Part shown: positions 50,813-61,143 of the stretch, one piece after another
Numbering within the stretch: position 1 is the first letter of the stretch
Layout: every line of letters starts with the position of its first letter
NCBI RefSeq assembly: GCF_027921745.1
Contig: NC_079238.1
Coordinates: 2,232,001 to 2,296,000 of the forward strand
Direction: 5' to 3'
Source: Schizosaccharomyces osmophilus
Taxonomy: Eukaryota
Length of the DNA: 64,000 nt
Made by a program: the position numbers and the translations under genes
Notes under the pieces: model-generated
Told to the model about the DNA's origin: nothing
Databases searched by the model: none
What the model saw: the letters and a program-made list of their open reading frames with translations, nothing else

Positions 50813-52108
50813 ATGGCATTCGCTCGTAGTATGAGTCGTTTAAAAAACAAAAGAGAACATGAAAATGTCAGTAACGACTCGAGACTCTCAAGAGAAAGTG
50901 TTCGCAATAAGCATCCACCTATAAGCAGAAACAATTTGTTGGATCCTTCTCATTCATCACAGCCTATTATCCGGCATTCTTCAGTAAAAACAGATCGCCC
51001 TCATTTTCAAAGAGCTAGTACTTTAGTACCTGAACAGTCGAGCGAAATATTAAACGATGCTGTGGAAGAGCCGGTGAATGATAACCCCCCTTTTCATGAA
51101 ACTCCATCAGCCTTTTCCTCTCCTGCTCGATCTGTGTCGATTGAGTCAACTCATACTATCCCACCTCAAGCTAGTGGCATCTATGACAATGTTGATCCTT
51201 TTGCTCAAAGTGAATTGGAAAGAAATAATTCGCCTTTTTCTCCGTTCAACCGTCAATCGGAGTTTGCTACAACCAACACAAATGAATCAGATACTCTTAA
51301 TGAACAGGGACGCTCGACTAGTCCCCCCATCTCTTCTTATCCAAAAAGAATTAGTTCTCAACTTGGACCTCCCCGTCAACCCGTATCTCAATTAAACCGA
51401 CCAGTGCCTAGTACAAGCATGGACAGGAATAGATTTGTGTCTGAAGTCACTCATCCTCCCCGGATTTCCAACGAAAGTGATAAATACAATACACGAAGTG
51501 TGTCACTTCCTTTGCATCAATCCGTACTTGATAATACGCTATGCAGTTCCTACCCTACTGATGAATCTAATCCCTTTGCCTCAGTGGAGGAGGGCACTAT
51601 TCCTTTAAGATACAACCTTGGGGAAACTCATTTAAGGAGAGATTCGAGGCATAACCTTTTAGATTATGGATCTTCTTCTAGCTCAGTAAGTAGCACATCT
51701 GGTGTTCATAAACCGGTTGCTAGTGCAAGGTATACTGGAAATATTGCCCATCAATCATCTCAATCCGAAAATGCGAATGAGGCTATTACTGCCAGGGAAA
51801 ATTTAAGAAATCGTTCATCTGACCACCCTGGTAATGTGGAAAAGGTCCAGCGGTTGCTAAGTCCCAAAGAATCTGATGTTTTGCAAACTCAAGTAAAAGA
51901 TGGTCTATCTAGATTTATGGTCTTCTTTACTGTTGGTATTATCTTTCCTCCTTTGTGGGTAATAGCATCCTTTCTTCCTATCCCAGGTAGCAGAACTTAC
52001 AAAATGCAGTGGAAACATGTACAGTGGAGGTTTGTTAATCGAGTTGTTTCGTGTCTTGGCATTGCAATTGTTTTTTTGTTCATCGGATTAGGGGTTACTG
52101 GATCATAA
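50813..52108 (+). CDS. Lineage-restricted Ser/Pro-rich disordered protein with two C-terminal transmembrane segments (SPBC405.02c-like)
   Basis: 431-codon ORF from the first ATG at 50813; hydrophobic FMVFFTVGIIFPPLWVIASFL and VVSCLGIAIVFLFIGLGV. Confidence 0.78.
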   Translation: MAFARSMSRLKNKREHENVSNDSRLSRESVRNKHPPISRNNLLDPSHSSQPIIRHSSVKTDRPHFQRASTLVPEQSSEILNDAVEEPVNDNPPFHETPSAFSSPARSVSIESTHTIPPQASGIYDNVDPFAQSELERNNSPFSPFNRQSEFATTNTNESDTLNEQGRSTSPPISSYPKRISSQLGPPRQPVSQLNRPVPSTSMDRNRFVSEVTHPPRISNESDKYNTRSVSLPLHQSVLDNTLCSSYPTDESNPFASVEEGTIPLRYNLGETHLRRDSRHNLLDYGSSSSSVSSTSGVHKPVASARYTGNIAHQSSQSENANEAITARENLRNRSSDHPGNVEKVQRLLSPKESDVLQTQVKDGLSRFMVFFTVGIIFPPLWVIASFLPIPGSRTYKMQWKHVQWRFVNRVVSCLGIAIVFLFIGLGVTGS

Positions 52109-52209
52109 TGAAATATCTAGCAAAAATTATTAAATCTATTACCAAAATTAAATTAGACAGTCTGTTTTTCTGTATAGTAAAGGGGTTACTTGAGCAAAAT
52201 TGAACGCGA

Positions 52210-54576
52210 TTAATAATAAGCCTCCCACTTACTCAAATTAAGCAAGTTACATTGTTCTTGGTCAGTATTCTCGACGAGTGTTCCAATACGATAAACAGTT
52301 TCACCAGATTTGCTAAGATCTTGCATGGCTTCTTCTGCGTTTTCAGAAGGAACTACAACTACCATGCCAATACCCATGTTAAAGGTTCTAGCCATGTCAG
52401 ACACAGGAACATTACCAGTGCGCTGCAGCCATTTAAATACTTCTGGGACCTTCCAAGTATTTGCGTCTATCACGGCTTTGAATTGCTTAGGAAGCATTCT
52501 AGGCACATTCTCTACAAGTCCTCCACCAGTGATGTGTGCCATACCATTGATTAAACCCTTCTTGATTATCTGAAGCAATGGCTTAACGTAAATTCGAGTG
52601 GGAGTAAGTAAGGAGATACCTAAAGAAGTGCTATCATCCCAGGGGCACTTAGAGTTATAGTCTAATCCGCTAACATCAACAATTCGACGAACAAGTGAGT
52701 AGCCGTTGGAATGAACACCATCGGAACCCAAACCGAGCAAAACATCTCCTGGACGGAAAGACTCGTAATTGGGCAACATTGTCTGACGTGAAACAGCACC
52801 CACCGAGGTACCATTGGCATCATAATGTCCTTCGTGATAAAGACCAGGCATCTCAGAGGTTTCTCCTCCCACCAAAGCACAGCCAGCTTGTTTGCAGCCA
52901 TTTACGACACCCTCAACAAAGCTGGTGGAAACGGGAAGGTCCAATTTACCAGTTGCAAAATAGTCCAAAAAGATAAGTGGCTCGGCACCTTGAACGACGA
53001 GGTCATTGACATTCATTGCTACCAAATCAATACCAACCGTATCATGCTTATCGGTATGTAAAGCTATTAAAAGTTTAGAACCAACACCATCGGTGGCACT
53101 GACCAACAAGGGATCATCCCAACCGGCACGCTTTAAATCGAAGACACCTCCAAAGCCACCGATATCAGCATCGGCACCGGGACGGCGAGTAGATTTGACC
53201 ATCTCTTTAATGCGTTGAACAAATTCATTACCATTGTCAACAGAAACACCAGCTGTCTCGTAAGTTAAACTTTCCTTAAAGGCAGTTGAGGGTTTAAGAG
53301 CATGATGGGCAATGTCTTTGCGGAAAGACATATCTTTGTATTGCACAGTTTGCACACCCTCGTAAGCTAATTTGACAGCAGACTCAACAGTTTCTCCAGT
53401 CGCATTTACGGCAAGGACACGACCGCCACTGGTAACAATTTGGCCCTCTTTAAAGGAAGTGCCTGCATGGAAGATACGGATATTTTCATTTGGGGTATCT
53501 GAGAAAGTAATTGGATCCCCTTTAGGATAGGAACCAGGATAGCCACCAGCTACACAGACGACAGCACAACTAAACTTGTTTGCTACGATAATATCCACAG
53601 AATCCAAGCGGCGTTCAAAAGCAGCAACAATTATTTCAGCCAAATCGCTTTCTAGCAATGGAAGAACTGCTTGGGTTTCAGGATCACCAAAGCGAACATT
53701 GTATTCCAAGACACGAGGTCCTTGAGCAGTAATCATAAGGCCGGTAAAAAGAATACCGACTAGGGGATAACCTTCACGGCGCATTCCATCAACAGTAGGC
53801 TGAATGATGGTAGAGTGAATTTGGTCAACCAATTGTGAAGTAGCAATGGGTGCTGGTGCATAAGCACCCATACCACCGGTGTTGGGACCGAGATCACCGT
53901 CAAAAGCACGCTTGTGATCTTGGGCCGGGGGAAGAGATCGGCAGGTGTAGCCATCGGTGAAAGTTAGGATAGATAGTTCTTCACCTACTAACAATTCTTC
54001 AATAACAACAGTTTTACCGGCACTACCAAATTCTTCATTCAACATGATGTCACGCAAAGCGCTAGCTGCTTCATGCTTTGTTTTGGGGATGATAACGCCT
54101 TTTCCGCCGGCTAAACCGTCAGCCTTGATAACAACATCAAAAGAGCAAGTATTTACGAATTGTTCGGCCTCCTTGTAATTGCTAAATGTGCGGTAAACAG
54201 CAGTGGGAATATTGTTTCTATGCATAAAGTCTTTAGCGAATACTTTACTACCTTCCATTCTAGCAGCCAAGGAGGAAGGGCCAAAGCATGGGATACCTGC
54301 TTTACGGAAATGAGTTTCGATACCTTGGACCAAAGGTAATTCGGGGCCGGGAACAGCGAGATTGACCTTCTTTTCCAAGGAAAACTGGACGAGCTTTTCA
54401 AAATCGCAAACTCCAATGTTTGCATTTTCAATCTTGGATCCTGGTTCCTTAGCCTCAGTGCCACCAGTGCCTGGTGCAACATAGATTTTTGAAACAAGAG
54501 GGGACTGAGCAAGTTTCCAAGCTAGCGCATGCTCCCGTCCACCATTTCCGATTAAAAGAGCCACAATTGGTTCCAT
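52210..54576 (-). CDS. ade1: Bifunctional GAR synthetase/AIR synthetase (PurD-PurM, Ade5,7 homolog)
   Basis: IGNGGREHALAWKL, QDHKR, GPNTGGMGAY, EYNVRFGDPETQ, TDGVGSKL, GGETSEMPG, HITGGG, RTFNMGIG. Confidence 0.98.
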   Translation of the reverse strand: MEPIVALLIGNGGREHALAWKLAQSPLVSKIYVAPGTGGTEAKEPGSKIENANIGVCDFEKLVQFSLEKKVNLAVPGPELPLVQGIETHFRKAGIPCFGPSSLAARMEGSKVFAKDFMHRNNIPTAVYRTFSNYKEAEQFVNTCSFDVVIKADGLAGGKGVIIPKTKHEAASALRDIMLNEEFGSAGKTVVIEELLVGEELSILTFTDGYTCRSLPPAQDHKRAFDGDLGPNTGGMGAYAPAPIATSQLVDQIHSTIIQPTVDGMRREGYPLVGILFTGLMITAQGPRVLEYNVRFGDPETQAVLPLLESDLAEIIVAAFERRLDSVDIIVANKFSCAVVCVAGGYPGSYPKGDPITFSDTPNENIRIFHAGTSFKEGQIVTSGGRVLAVNATGETVESAVKLAYEGVQTVQYKDMSFRKDIAHHALKPSTAFKESLTYETAGVSVDNGNEFVQRIKEMVKSTRRPGADADIGGFGGVFDLKRAGWDDPLLVSATDGVGSKLLIALHTDKHDTVGIDLVAMNVNDLVVQGAEPLIFLDYFATGKLDLPVSTSFVEGVVNGCKQAGCALVGGETSEMPGLYHEGHYDANGTSVGAVSRQTMLPNYESFRPGDVLLGLGSDGVHSNGYSLVRRIVDVSGLDYNSKCPWDDSTSLGISLLTPTRIYVKPLLQIIKKGLINGMAHITGGGLVENVPRMLPKQFKAVIDANTWKVPEVFKWLQRTGNVPVSDMARTFNMGIGMVVVVPSENAEEAMQDLSKSGETVYRIGTLVENTDQEQCNLLNLSKWEAYY

Positions 54577-54607
54577 CTTGGTATTCGTACAAAATACAAG
54601 CTAAAGA

Positions 54608-54683
54608 CTACAGAGTTAGTATCTTTCCTAAGGAGATCGACCGTGAATTAACTCGATCATCGATCATCGTATCAAATACATAC
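54608..54683 (-). other. Spliceosomal intron in the ade1 5' UTR
   Basis: GTATGT donor at 54683; TACTAAC branch; TGTAG acceptor ending at 54608, 31 nt before the ATG. Confidence 0.8.
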
Positions 54684-55779
54684 AGTTGCTTGAAGAACTA
54701 AGCTTAAAGCCTAGAGAGATGAATGTTCCAAGCAAAAATAAATTGCCTATATGGTGTTGTAGATATCGATCTCATCTAGAATTTAGTGAGATGCCTTCAC
54801 GCCCAGTAAAGTTAAAGAGGACGTTGGAAGGAAGGCTTTGATAATGTATTTTAAAGTGGATACACGATGAGTAACGAAACAGACAGTATCTCGCTAAATC
54901 ATTTTCGAGACATATATTTTCCTTTATAGGATTGTCTTGATGCGAGGATACAGTGGACTACATGAGACTAAACGAACAAGGCGACAGAGGAAGAGTAAAC
55001 AATAAAGACGTTGGAAGGAGGATGTCCTAGAAAGTATGGGGAGAGATTGGTGAGAAGCGATCAATCGTTGGAGATGGGCAAAGTCGAGAGAACGCGTCTT
55101 TGTAGGAGCGTCATTCAAAATTAAATTTCTTTGGGGCGCACTTGACGTACCACTGGGTAGAAGAAAAGCAGCAGAGAATAAAGTGTATTTCTCATAAAGA
55201 AAAGAATCTTGCTATAAAAAGCACTTACAAATTAAAGTTTTATTCCCTGCTTTGTTTACTAACACACTACACATTGCAGTATGCAAGTAGGCTTACTGTT
55301 TTGCGTTCTCTATCACTAAATGCATTCTCAAAGTAGGACAAGGCGCTCATGGGAATTGTCAACGAAAACTTTTCCAAAGCAAACCGTCAAGAGTAGGCAT
55401 TTTGGCCTTAAAAAACATTCATTTCATATAAGTTGCGAGGTGATTTTTATGCTGGATTGGTAGGAACTTACTCGTTGCTTCTCTTCGCGAATTAAGTGGT
55501 TTCTTTGTTTCGGACGCGAACACGAAGCATTCAAGAAAAGTAGGGACTGTGAACTCGATTTCTCCCTGGAAGTTTTGTATCCGTTTCCTCGTCATAAGGG
55601 TAGTGTTTTATTGATTTTAAATTTATAATACTTGAGTACTTTCGTTCGTTATTTCTTTTCTTTAAGAGTTTGGATCGTTTCTGGGTTGTCATATCTCTTA
55701 TTGCATTTTTGGTAATCTTACAAGTCTTTTTTTTTTTTTTATTTTTGACTATTTTTTTCTCGTAATCTACATTTCTACT

Positions 55780-56793
55780 ATGCACCAATATCAAATTAAA
55801 GTGCCTGCTTCCTCTGCAAACATCGGCCCCGGTTTCGATGTGCTGGGGATGTCCTTGGAGGTTTATATGACTCTTGACGTCCAAGTAAGCGATGAAAAGG
55901 GCCACTGTGTTTTGTCTTACGAAGGAGACGGTGCTGAAGAAGTACCTCTGGATATCCATAAAAACATGATTACTCAGACTGCTCTTTATGTGCTACGATG
56001 CCACAATATTCATGAATTCCCATCGGCGACAAAAATTCATGTGAAGAATCCCATTCCTTTGGGACGCGGTATGGGTTCTAGTGGTTCTGCTGCTATTGCT
56101 GGTGTCGTGCTTGCCAATGAGCTTGCTCACTTGCAGTTATCCAAGTTGCAAATGATGGATTACGTTTTAATGATTGAGCGTCATCCCGACAACGTTATGG
56201 CTTCCATGATGGGTGGCTTTGTGGGTTCTTTTCTTCGTGAGTTATCGGATACCGAGAAAGAAGCTATGCTTCCTTCTGCCAGTGATCTTTTAACCAATAA
56301 AGGGTTTTCTAGACCTCCAGTGAACATGGGAAGATATACAACGCTTCCATGGGCTCCTGAGTTGAAGGCACTCGTTGTCATTCCTCAGTTTCACCTTTCC
56401 ACCTCAAAAGCTCGAAGTGTCTTGCCTTCTTCCTATACAAAGCCGGATGTTATCTATAATCTTCAACGTTTGGCACTCTTGACAACAGCATTGGGCCAAA
56501 CCCCCGTGAATCATCAACTTATTCATGAGGTAATGAAGGATAAGGTTCATCAACCTTACCGTTCTCAATTGATTCCTGGACTTCAAACGATCCTTGCTCA
56601 GATGACGCCCGAATCTCAACCAGGACTTTGTGGTATTTGTCTTTCCGGAGCCGGTCCTACGATTCTCTCCTTGGCTACCGATCATTATGAAGAAATTGCC
56701 CAAACGATGGTCAACATTTTTAGGCAAAATAATGTCGAGTGTAGTTATTTGGTTCTTTCTCCCGCGTTTGAGGGTGCAAGTGTGTCTTACTAA
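55780..56793 (+). CDS. thr1: Homoserine kinase (GHMP family)
   Basis: VPASSANIGPGFDVLG, IPLGRGMGSSG, ERHPDN, LSGAGPT. Confidence 0.97.
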   Translation: MHQYQIKVPASSANIGPGFDVLGMSLEVYMTLDVQVSDEKGHCVLSYEGDGAEEVPLDIHKNMITQTALYVLRCHNIHEFPSATKIHVKNPIPLGRGMGSSGSAAIAGVVLANELAHLQLSKLQMMDYVLMIERHPDNVMASMMGGFVGSFLRELSDTEKEAMLPSASDLLTNKGFSRPPVNMGRYTTLPWAPELKALVVIPQFHLSTSKARSVLPSSYTKPDVIYNLQRLALLTTALGQTPVNHQLIHEVMKDKVHQPYRSQLIPGLQTILAQMTPESQPGLCGICLSGAGPTILSLATDHYEEIAQTMVNIFRQNNVECSYLVLSPAFEGASVSY

Positions 56794-57074
56794 GCAAGAT
56801 CACTGTATACCAGAGAGGGTATGGTTTGCTAGTTAAAAAAGTTCAATCTTCGGGAACATTGTATAATTATATTTTCCTTTTGTTAGAACTATTTGTTATA
56901 GAAAAAATGTAATTTGTGTTGTTTATAATACAGTTGTATTTGTGCTACTCGATGTTTACATTATGAGAAACTCTTTTTTTGTAAAGCATGCCTTCCAGAA
57001 AGCGCGTTTTAGGGCGTCTTTGTCATAGTGTCTAGGTTCAGTTTCAACTTACGGCCATAGAGAACAAACCAGTT

Positions 57075-57374
57075 TTATTTTTCCAATGAACACAACAATA
57101 AATATTCCTTTCCTGCAGGATCAAAGTATCCCAGTGGTCCCTTCTCACATTCACCACATGCTAGCAACTTGATATTGCTAGCCAAGGGCTTCGAAACACT
57201 GATATTATCAAATGCAAAAGGGTCCTTTAGACTATAGTAACGCTCTACTTCAGCTGGACCTTTTTCTTCTGCACCTAAGATGGATCGTAGCGTACGTTTC
57301 TCTACCACAGCAGGTCTATCATTCGAAAAGACAACACTAGGGCAATGGGGACAGGTGATGTGAAGCCGCGACAT
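57075..57374 (-). CDS. dss4: Mss4/Dss4 Rab-interacting zinc protein
   Basis: CPHCPS...DPFAFDNISVSK...LLACGECEKGPLGY. Confidence 0.88.
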   Translation of the reverse strand: MSRLHITCPHCPSVVFSNDRPAVVEKRTLRSILGAEEKGPAEVERYYSLKDPFAFDNISVSKPLASNIKLLACGECEKGPLGYFDPAGKEYLLLCSLEK

Positions 57375-57605
57375 TTTTTATTTGATCTACAGAACAATAC
57401 GCCAAAAGATAGTCTTCAGGCTAGTTGGAATCTTTTGAGGAAAAGGAAAATATTCGCCGTAAAAGTATAGCGCCTTAAGAATATGGAAAAGTAGAATAAA
57501 CGAAAGATCCTAGTAGGTAGAAAGCTAATCCATCTCTGCGAATAACGAAATTCAAGACAGACCTTGGATAATAATGAAGTGTAAGAAGCTTTTCATGAGT
57601 TGATG

Positions 57606-57627
57606 AAAAAAAAAAAAAAAAAAAAAA
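57606..57627. repeat. 22-nt poly(dA:dT) tract in the dss4/sep1 divergent intergenic region
   Basis: Read directly. Confidence 0.85.
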
Positions 57628-58777
57628 GCAATAGAAAGAGCAAACGCACATTGAATTCCATATAAATTAGAAAAACCCCTTTATGAAATTTCCATTAATT
57701 TCTAGCTCATTCGCTTTCCTGTTTATAAAAAGACGCGCAGAATTGTTTCGTCAATACTAGAACAATTTTATTGACCCCATCGATAGGAATGGAATAGACC
57801 TGAAGCCGGTTCGATTGTATAACTAAAATTTTCGTTTTCCTTTCGAATTCGAAAACAATGAAAACATACTTAACAAATGTTTACTAAAAAACTTCAGTAT
57901 ACAACGGTAAAGTTCGTTTCAAATTCATAAACATTGCTTCCGCAATACACAACGTTATGCTACTTAAAATAACGATACTGTTCACTAGGGAATTCATTTC
58001 CCCTCATACGAAGAGAATCTTCCTCTGTACGACTTAGTCTTAGCCGTTCTCTCAGATCACCGATTTTTTGGAATTGGAAGTTTTTTGAAAAGAAATCCAT
58101 GTCATTTTGAATTTTGAAAAAGAGTTTATTAAAAAAAGCTACTATATGTTTCTTTTTACCTGGTATTTCCCGCGTTTTGTTCCTTCTTTACTTGCTTTGT
58201 CTTGTATCAATTAACCCCAATTCAACAGCCATCTTGAAATTTAATCTCTCATTCTTTCTTTTACCCTGCCCTTTTTAATTTTAATAAGGTATTCTCTGGA
58301 ACCTGGTAACCATTTTGGTAAGACTCCTTTCTTTTTTTTTTTTTGCGCAGGCTAAGTTGCATTGAACCCCTATACTTCCTGTTCTTGATTCCATTAATCG
58401 CACTGATCTCTACTTCTTTTTGTCCCAAAGGTAAAATCCATCTCTTTTTTTTGCACAGCTACCTACTGCTTTCCGTATTTCGTACAAGGATTGTATATTT
58501 ATCGAAGTTTCCTTTGGATTCTTGTCTGTCTGTCTTTCTTTCTGTTCTCTATCTTTTATTCTATTCTTTATTCGTTTAGCAAATCCTTCTCTTTTTGGAT
58601 GTGTTGTATTTTTTTGACGGTCAATTCTCTTTTCATTTAATTATCTTCATTGTTATATGATCATTCCCTGAAACCTGACTATTTATCAATTGCTCTTCTG
58701 GTTACGTTCTTAACGCTATTGTTTATCTTATTTTGTTTTATTCCGTTTTGCCCCTCTGCTTTTTTTTATCTTGCTCT

Positions 58778-60811
58778 ATGTCAAACTATACTAATAACGC
58801 GTTCTTCAGCTTGGCTGCAGGCGGCGATGATCCAAACTCATTTGTACCGCCTCAAAATGTTCCTCCACCCACAAAAGCTCCCATGAGCTATAATCCTTGT
58901 TCCGGTCCTTACCCAAATTTGTATCCACAAAGTTCGAATTCCACCTCGAATTCTTACAACTACTCTAATCCGTTATATGCACCTGGAAAGGAAAACCAAA
59001 ACATGTTTAATACATCTTTACCTAAGTCTAATAAGCCTACCCGTCCATACATCCCGTCGTACACTCGTTTAACATACTCTGTACCCCCCTTGCCTTTACC
59101 TCCTCCTTCCGAATGTTCTCTTGAGGTTATGACGGATAGAAAACCTTCTATCATGCCCTCTTATGAAGACTCTAATCAGTTTTATTTCCCCATGGATGAT
59201 GGACGAAAGCCCCCTTACTCATATGCCATGCTTATCGGAATGTCCATCCTTTGCTCACTCGAAAAACGACTTACACTAAGCGGCATTTATGACTGGATCA
59301 GTGGGACGTTTTCGTTTTACAGTAAATCCAGCAACGGCTGGCAAAACTCTGTCCGTCACAACCTCAGCCTCAATAAAGCTTTTATGAAGGTTGAACGATC
59401 CAAAAATCTTCCTGGAAAGGGTCACTTTTGGGCTATCCGTCCCGGTTATGAAGATCAATTTCAAAAGTTGAAACTCAGAGAATCTAGTGTTAATCCGCGA
59501 CCGGCTCCACCTATTTTCGAAGGTAACACGTCGATGGCCTCTTCGCTTCCAAATTATTCTGCTCTATCTCTGAAGTATCAGAATGGAAATGGAAACTCGT
59601 TTTATCAATATAGAAGAACTCCTTCTACTGGTTCCACCGAAAGGTATTCCCAATCAAGGGAGGCTAGCATAACAGACCGAGAGGCGCATAACGATTACCC
59701 GCATTATTGGGGAGCTCCCAAATCTAAGGTTGTTGAGAATGGATCGTCTGAATTGGAAACCAAATTTTCCGATTTAGGTGTCTCATCGATAATGAGTGCT
59801 GGCTCTTCTCAGTCAGGAATTCAATCACCAACACCTCCCGTGTCTTCTCCCGATTCAAATGATTCTTATCGGTTTAACACCGTGAACAATAGAGTCGAGT
59901 CAACTAAAAGTCCAAATGAGCAGAGAACCCATAACAAGGTTCGAGCTTCACCATTGTCACTTGAAGAGACGGCGGCATCAGGCGACCTCGCTTCCGAAAC
60001 AAATACCAATGCATACGATAATGAAGTTTATGTGGATGAATTAAACACACGAGAGGCAAGTTCTTCAGCCTCTCAAAAGGAAGGTGCTGATCTTCCCTCG
60101 TCGCTTCCCGCCTCTCCAACTCATACACCTAGCGTATTCAAACCAATAAAGCGATCTCTTTCTATTGATCTTCCTACTCCGCCTCGTACATTGTGCCCGA
60201 GAGCCCTTTCCTTATGTGATGATATGTCTACTAATGATTATAATAAGTCTTCCCTTCTATCCCCTATAAGTTTCGATTCAAGTGCACAGTTTGCTAGCCC
60301 CTCCACCAATTTAAAGGAACATCGAAATCACATTTTACAGATGCTAGCAACTCCTGATGCGAAGCAGTTTAATAATATTGCGGTTTCTACCGAAACGGAC
60401 TCATGGAATTTAACTCCGTTTCGGCCTTCAGCTGCATCGAATGAGGACATCTTGTCTCGCAGTTTGCAATCAATTCTTAAAAATGAAAGATTTAAGTCAG
60501 ACTTGGAGAAGCCGAAAGAAAACGATTCTTCTTTTGTGGAAACTCCTAGCAAGCCGCAATGGGCTAATAATTCTGATATGCTTGACTGTGACTTTTTGGA
60601 GGCAATGGACATGTTTAATTGTGATGCTATGCCATCTAATGTGTTTAGCCCTATAAGAGCTTCTCCAATTAAACGTGAGGTGAGACGAAAACATGTTCCA
60701 AGCAGTCTATCCCTAGCACGGGCATCCATTGCCCAGGATGATAGTTATTTACCTTCTCCCACAAAACGAAAAATGCCGCAATTGGCGAGACAATCGTCAA
60801 CTATGTTTTAA
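58778..60811 (+). CDS. sep1: Forkhead transcription factor Sep1
   Basis: First ATG at 58778; RPYIPSYTRLTYSVPPLP; forkhead domain KPPYSYAMLIG...WQNSVRHNLSLNKAF...GKGHFW; tail DDSYLPSPTKRKMP. Confidence 0.93.
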   Translation: MSNYTNNAFFSLAAGGDDPNSFVPPQNVPPPTKAPMSYNPCSGPYPNLYPQSSNSTSNSYNYSNPLYAPGKENQNMFNTSLPKSNKPTRPYIPSYTRLTYSVPPLPLPPPSECSLEVMTDRKPSIMPSYEDSNQFYFPMDDGRKPPYSYAMLIGMSILCSLEKRLTLSGIYDWISGTFSFYSKSSNGWQNSVRHNLSLNKAFMKVERSKNLPGKGHFWAIRPGYEDQFQKLKLRESSVNPRPAPPIFEGNTSMASSLPNYSALSLKYQNGNGNSFYQYRRTPSTGSTERYSQSREASITDREAHNDYPHYWGAPKSKVVENGSSELETKFSDLGVSSIMSAGSSQSGIQSPTPPVSSPDSNDSYRFNTVNNRVESTKSPNEQRTHNKVRASPLSLEETAASGDLASETNTNAYDNEVYVDELNTREASSSASQKEGADLPSSLPASPTHTPSVFKPIKRSLSIDLPTPPRTLCPRALSLCDDMSTNDYNKSSLLSPISFDSSAQFASPSTNLKEHRNHILQMLATPDAKQFNNIAVSTETDSWNLTPFRPSAASNEDILSRSLQSILKNERFKSDLEKPKENDSSFVETPSKPQWANNSDMLDCDFLEAMDMFNCDAMPSNVFSPIRASPIKREVRRKHVPSSLSLARASIAQDDSYLPSPTKRKMPQLARQSSTMF

Positions 60812-60971
60812 TCCAGTTTCGTAACTTTTGTTAATAAGTTTGCTAATTAATAATTAATATACGTGATTTACTTTTCATAAAATTCATCGAGTAAGTAAGT
60901 TTTGAAAGAAAAAGTATTTGTCCACTGTCTAAAAAGGTGCTTCCGTTTATTTATATCCTTAAAAAACCTTG

Positions 60972-61013
60972 ATTTTTATTTGTCTAGTTCAATTTTTATT
61001 TGTCTAGTTCAAT
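60972..61013. repeat. Perfect 20-bp tandem duplication (ATTTTTATTTGTCTAGTTCA x2) between the convergent sep1 and nuc1 3' ends
   Basis: Read directly. Confidence 0.9.
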
Positions 61014-61143
61014 ATATATAACAAAAATTATACCAAAAACCCTTTTGAATTCAGTGAAAAATTCTAACAATCCTATCAATATGATTCTAATAGATTTTAC
61101 CATGTCAAATATTAAGCCCTTTTTTTATGCAGAAATTATTCAG

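Noticed and set aside
57780..57820. tRNA-like GGAATGGAATAGAC...GGTTCGATT; also GGTTCAAAT near 29929
   Set aside because: No acceptor stem, no room for an anticodon arm, and incomplete B-box consensus.
50741..58777. TTG-initiated N-terminal extensions shown for the 50741 and 58733 ORFs (also 47036)
   Set aside because: These come from the ORF caller allowing alternative starts. They are short and featureless, unlike the ATG-initiated hom6 extension.
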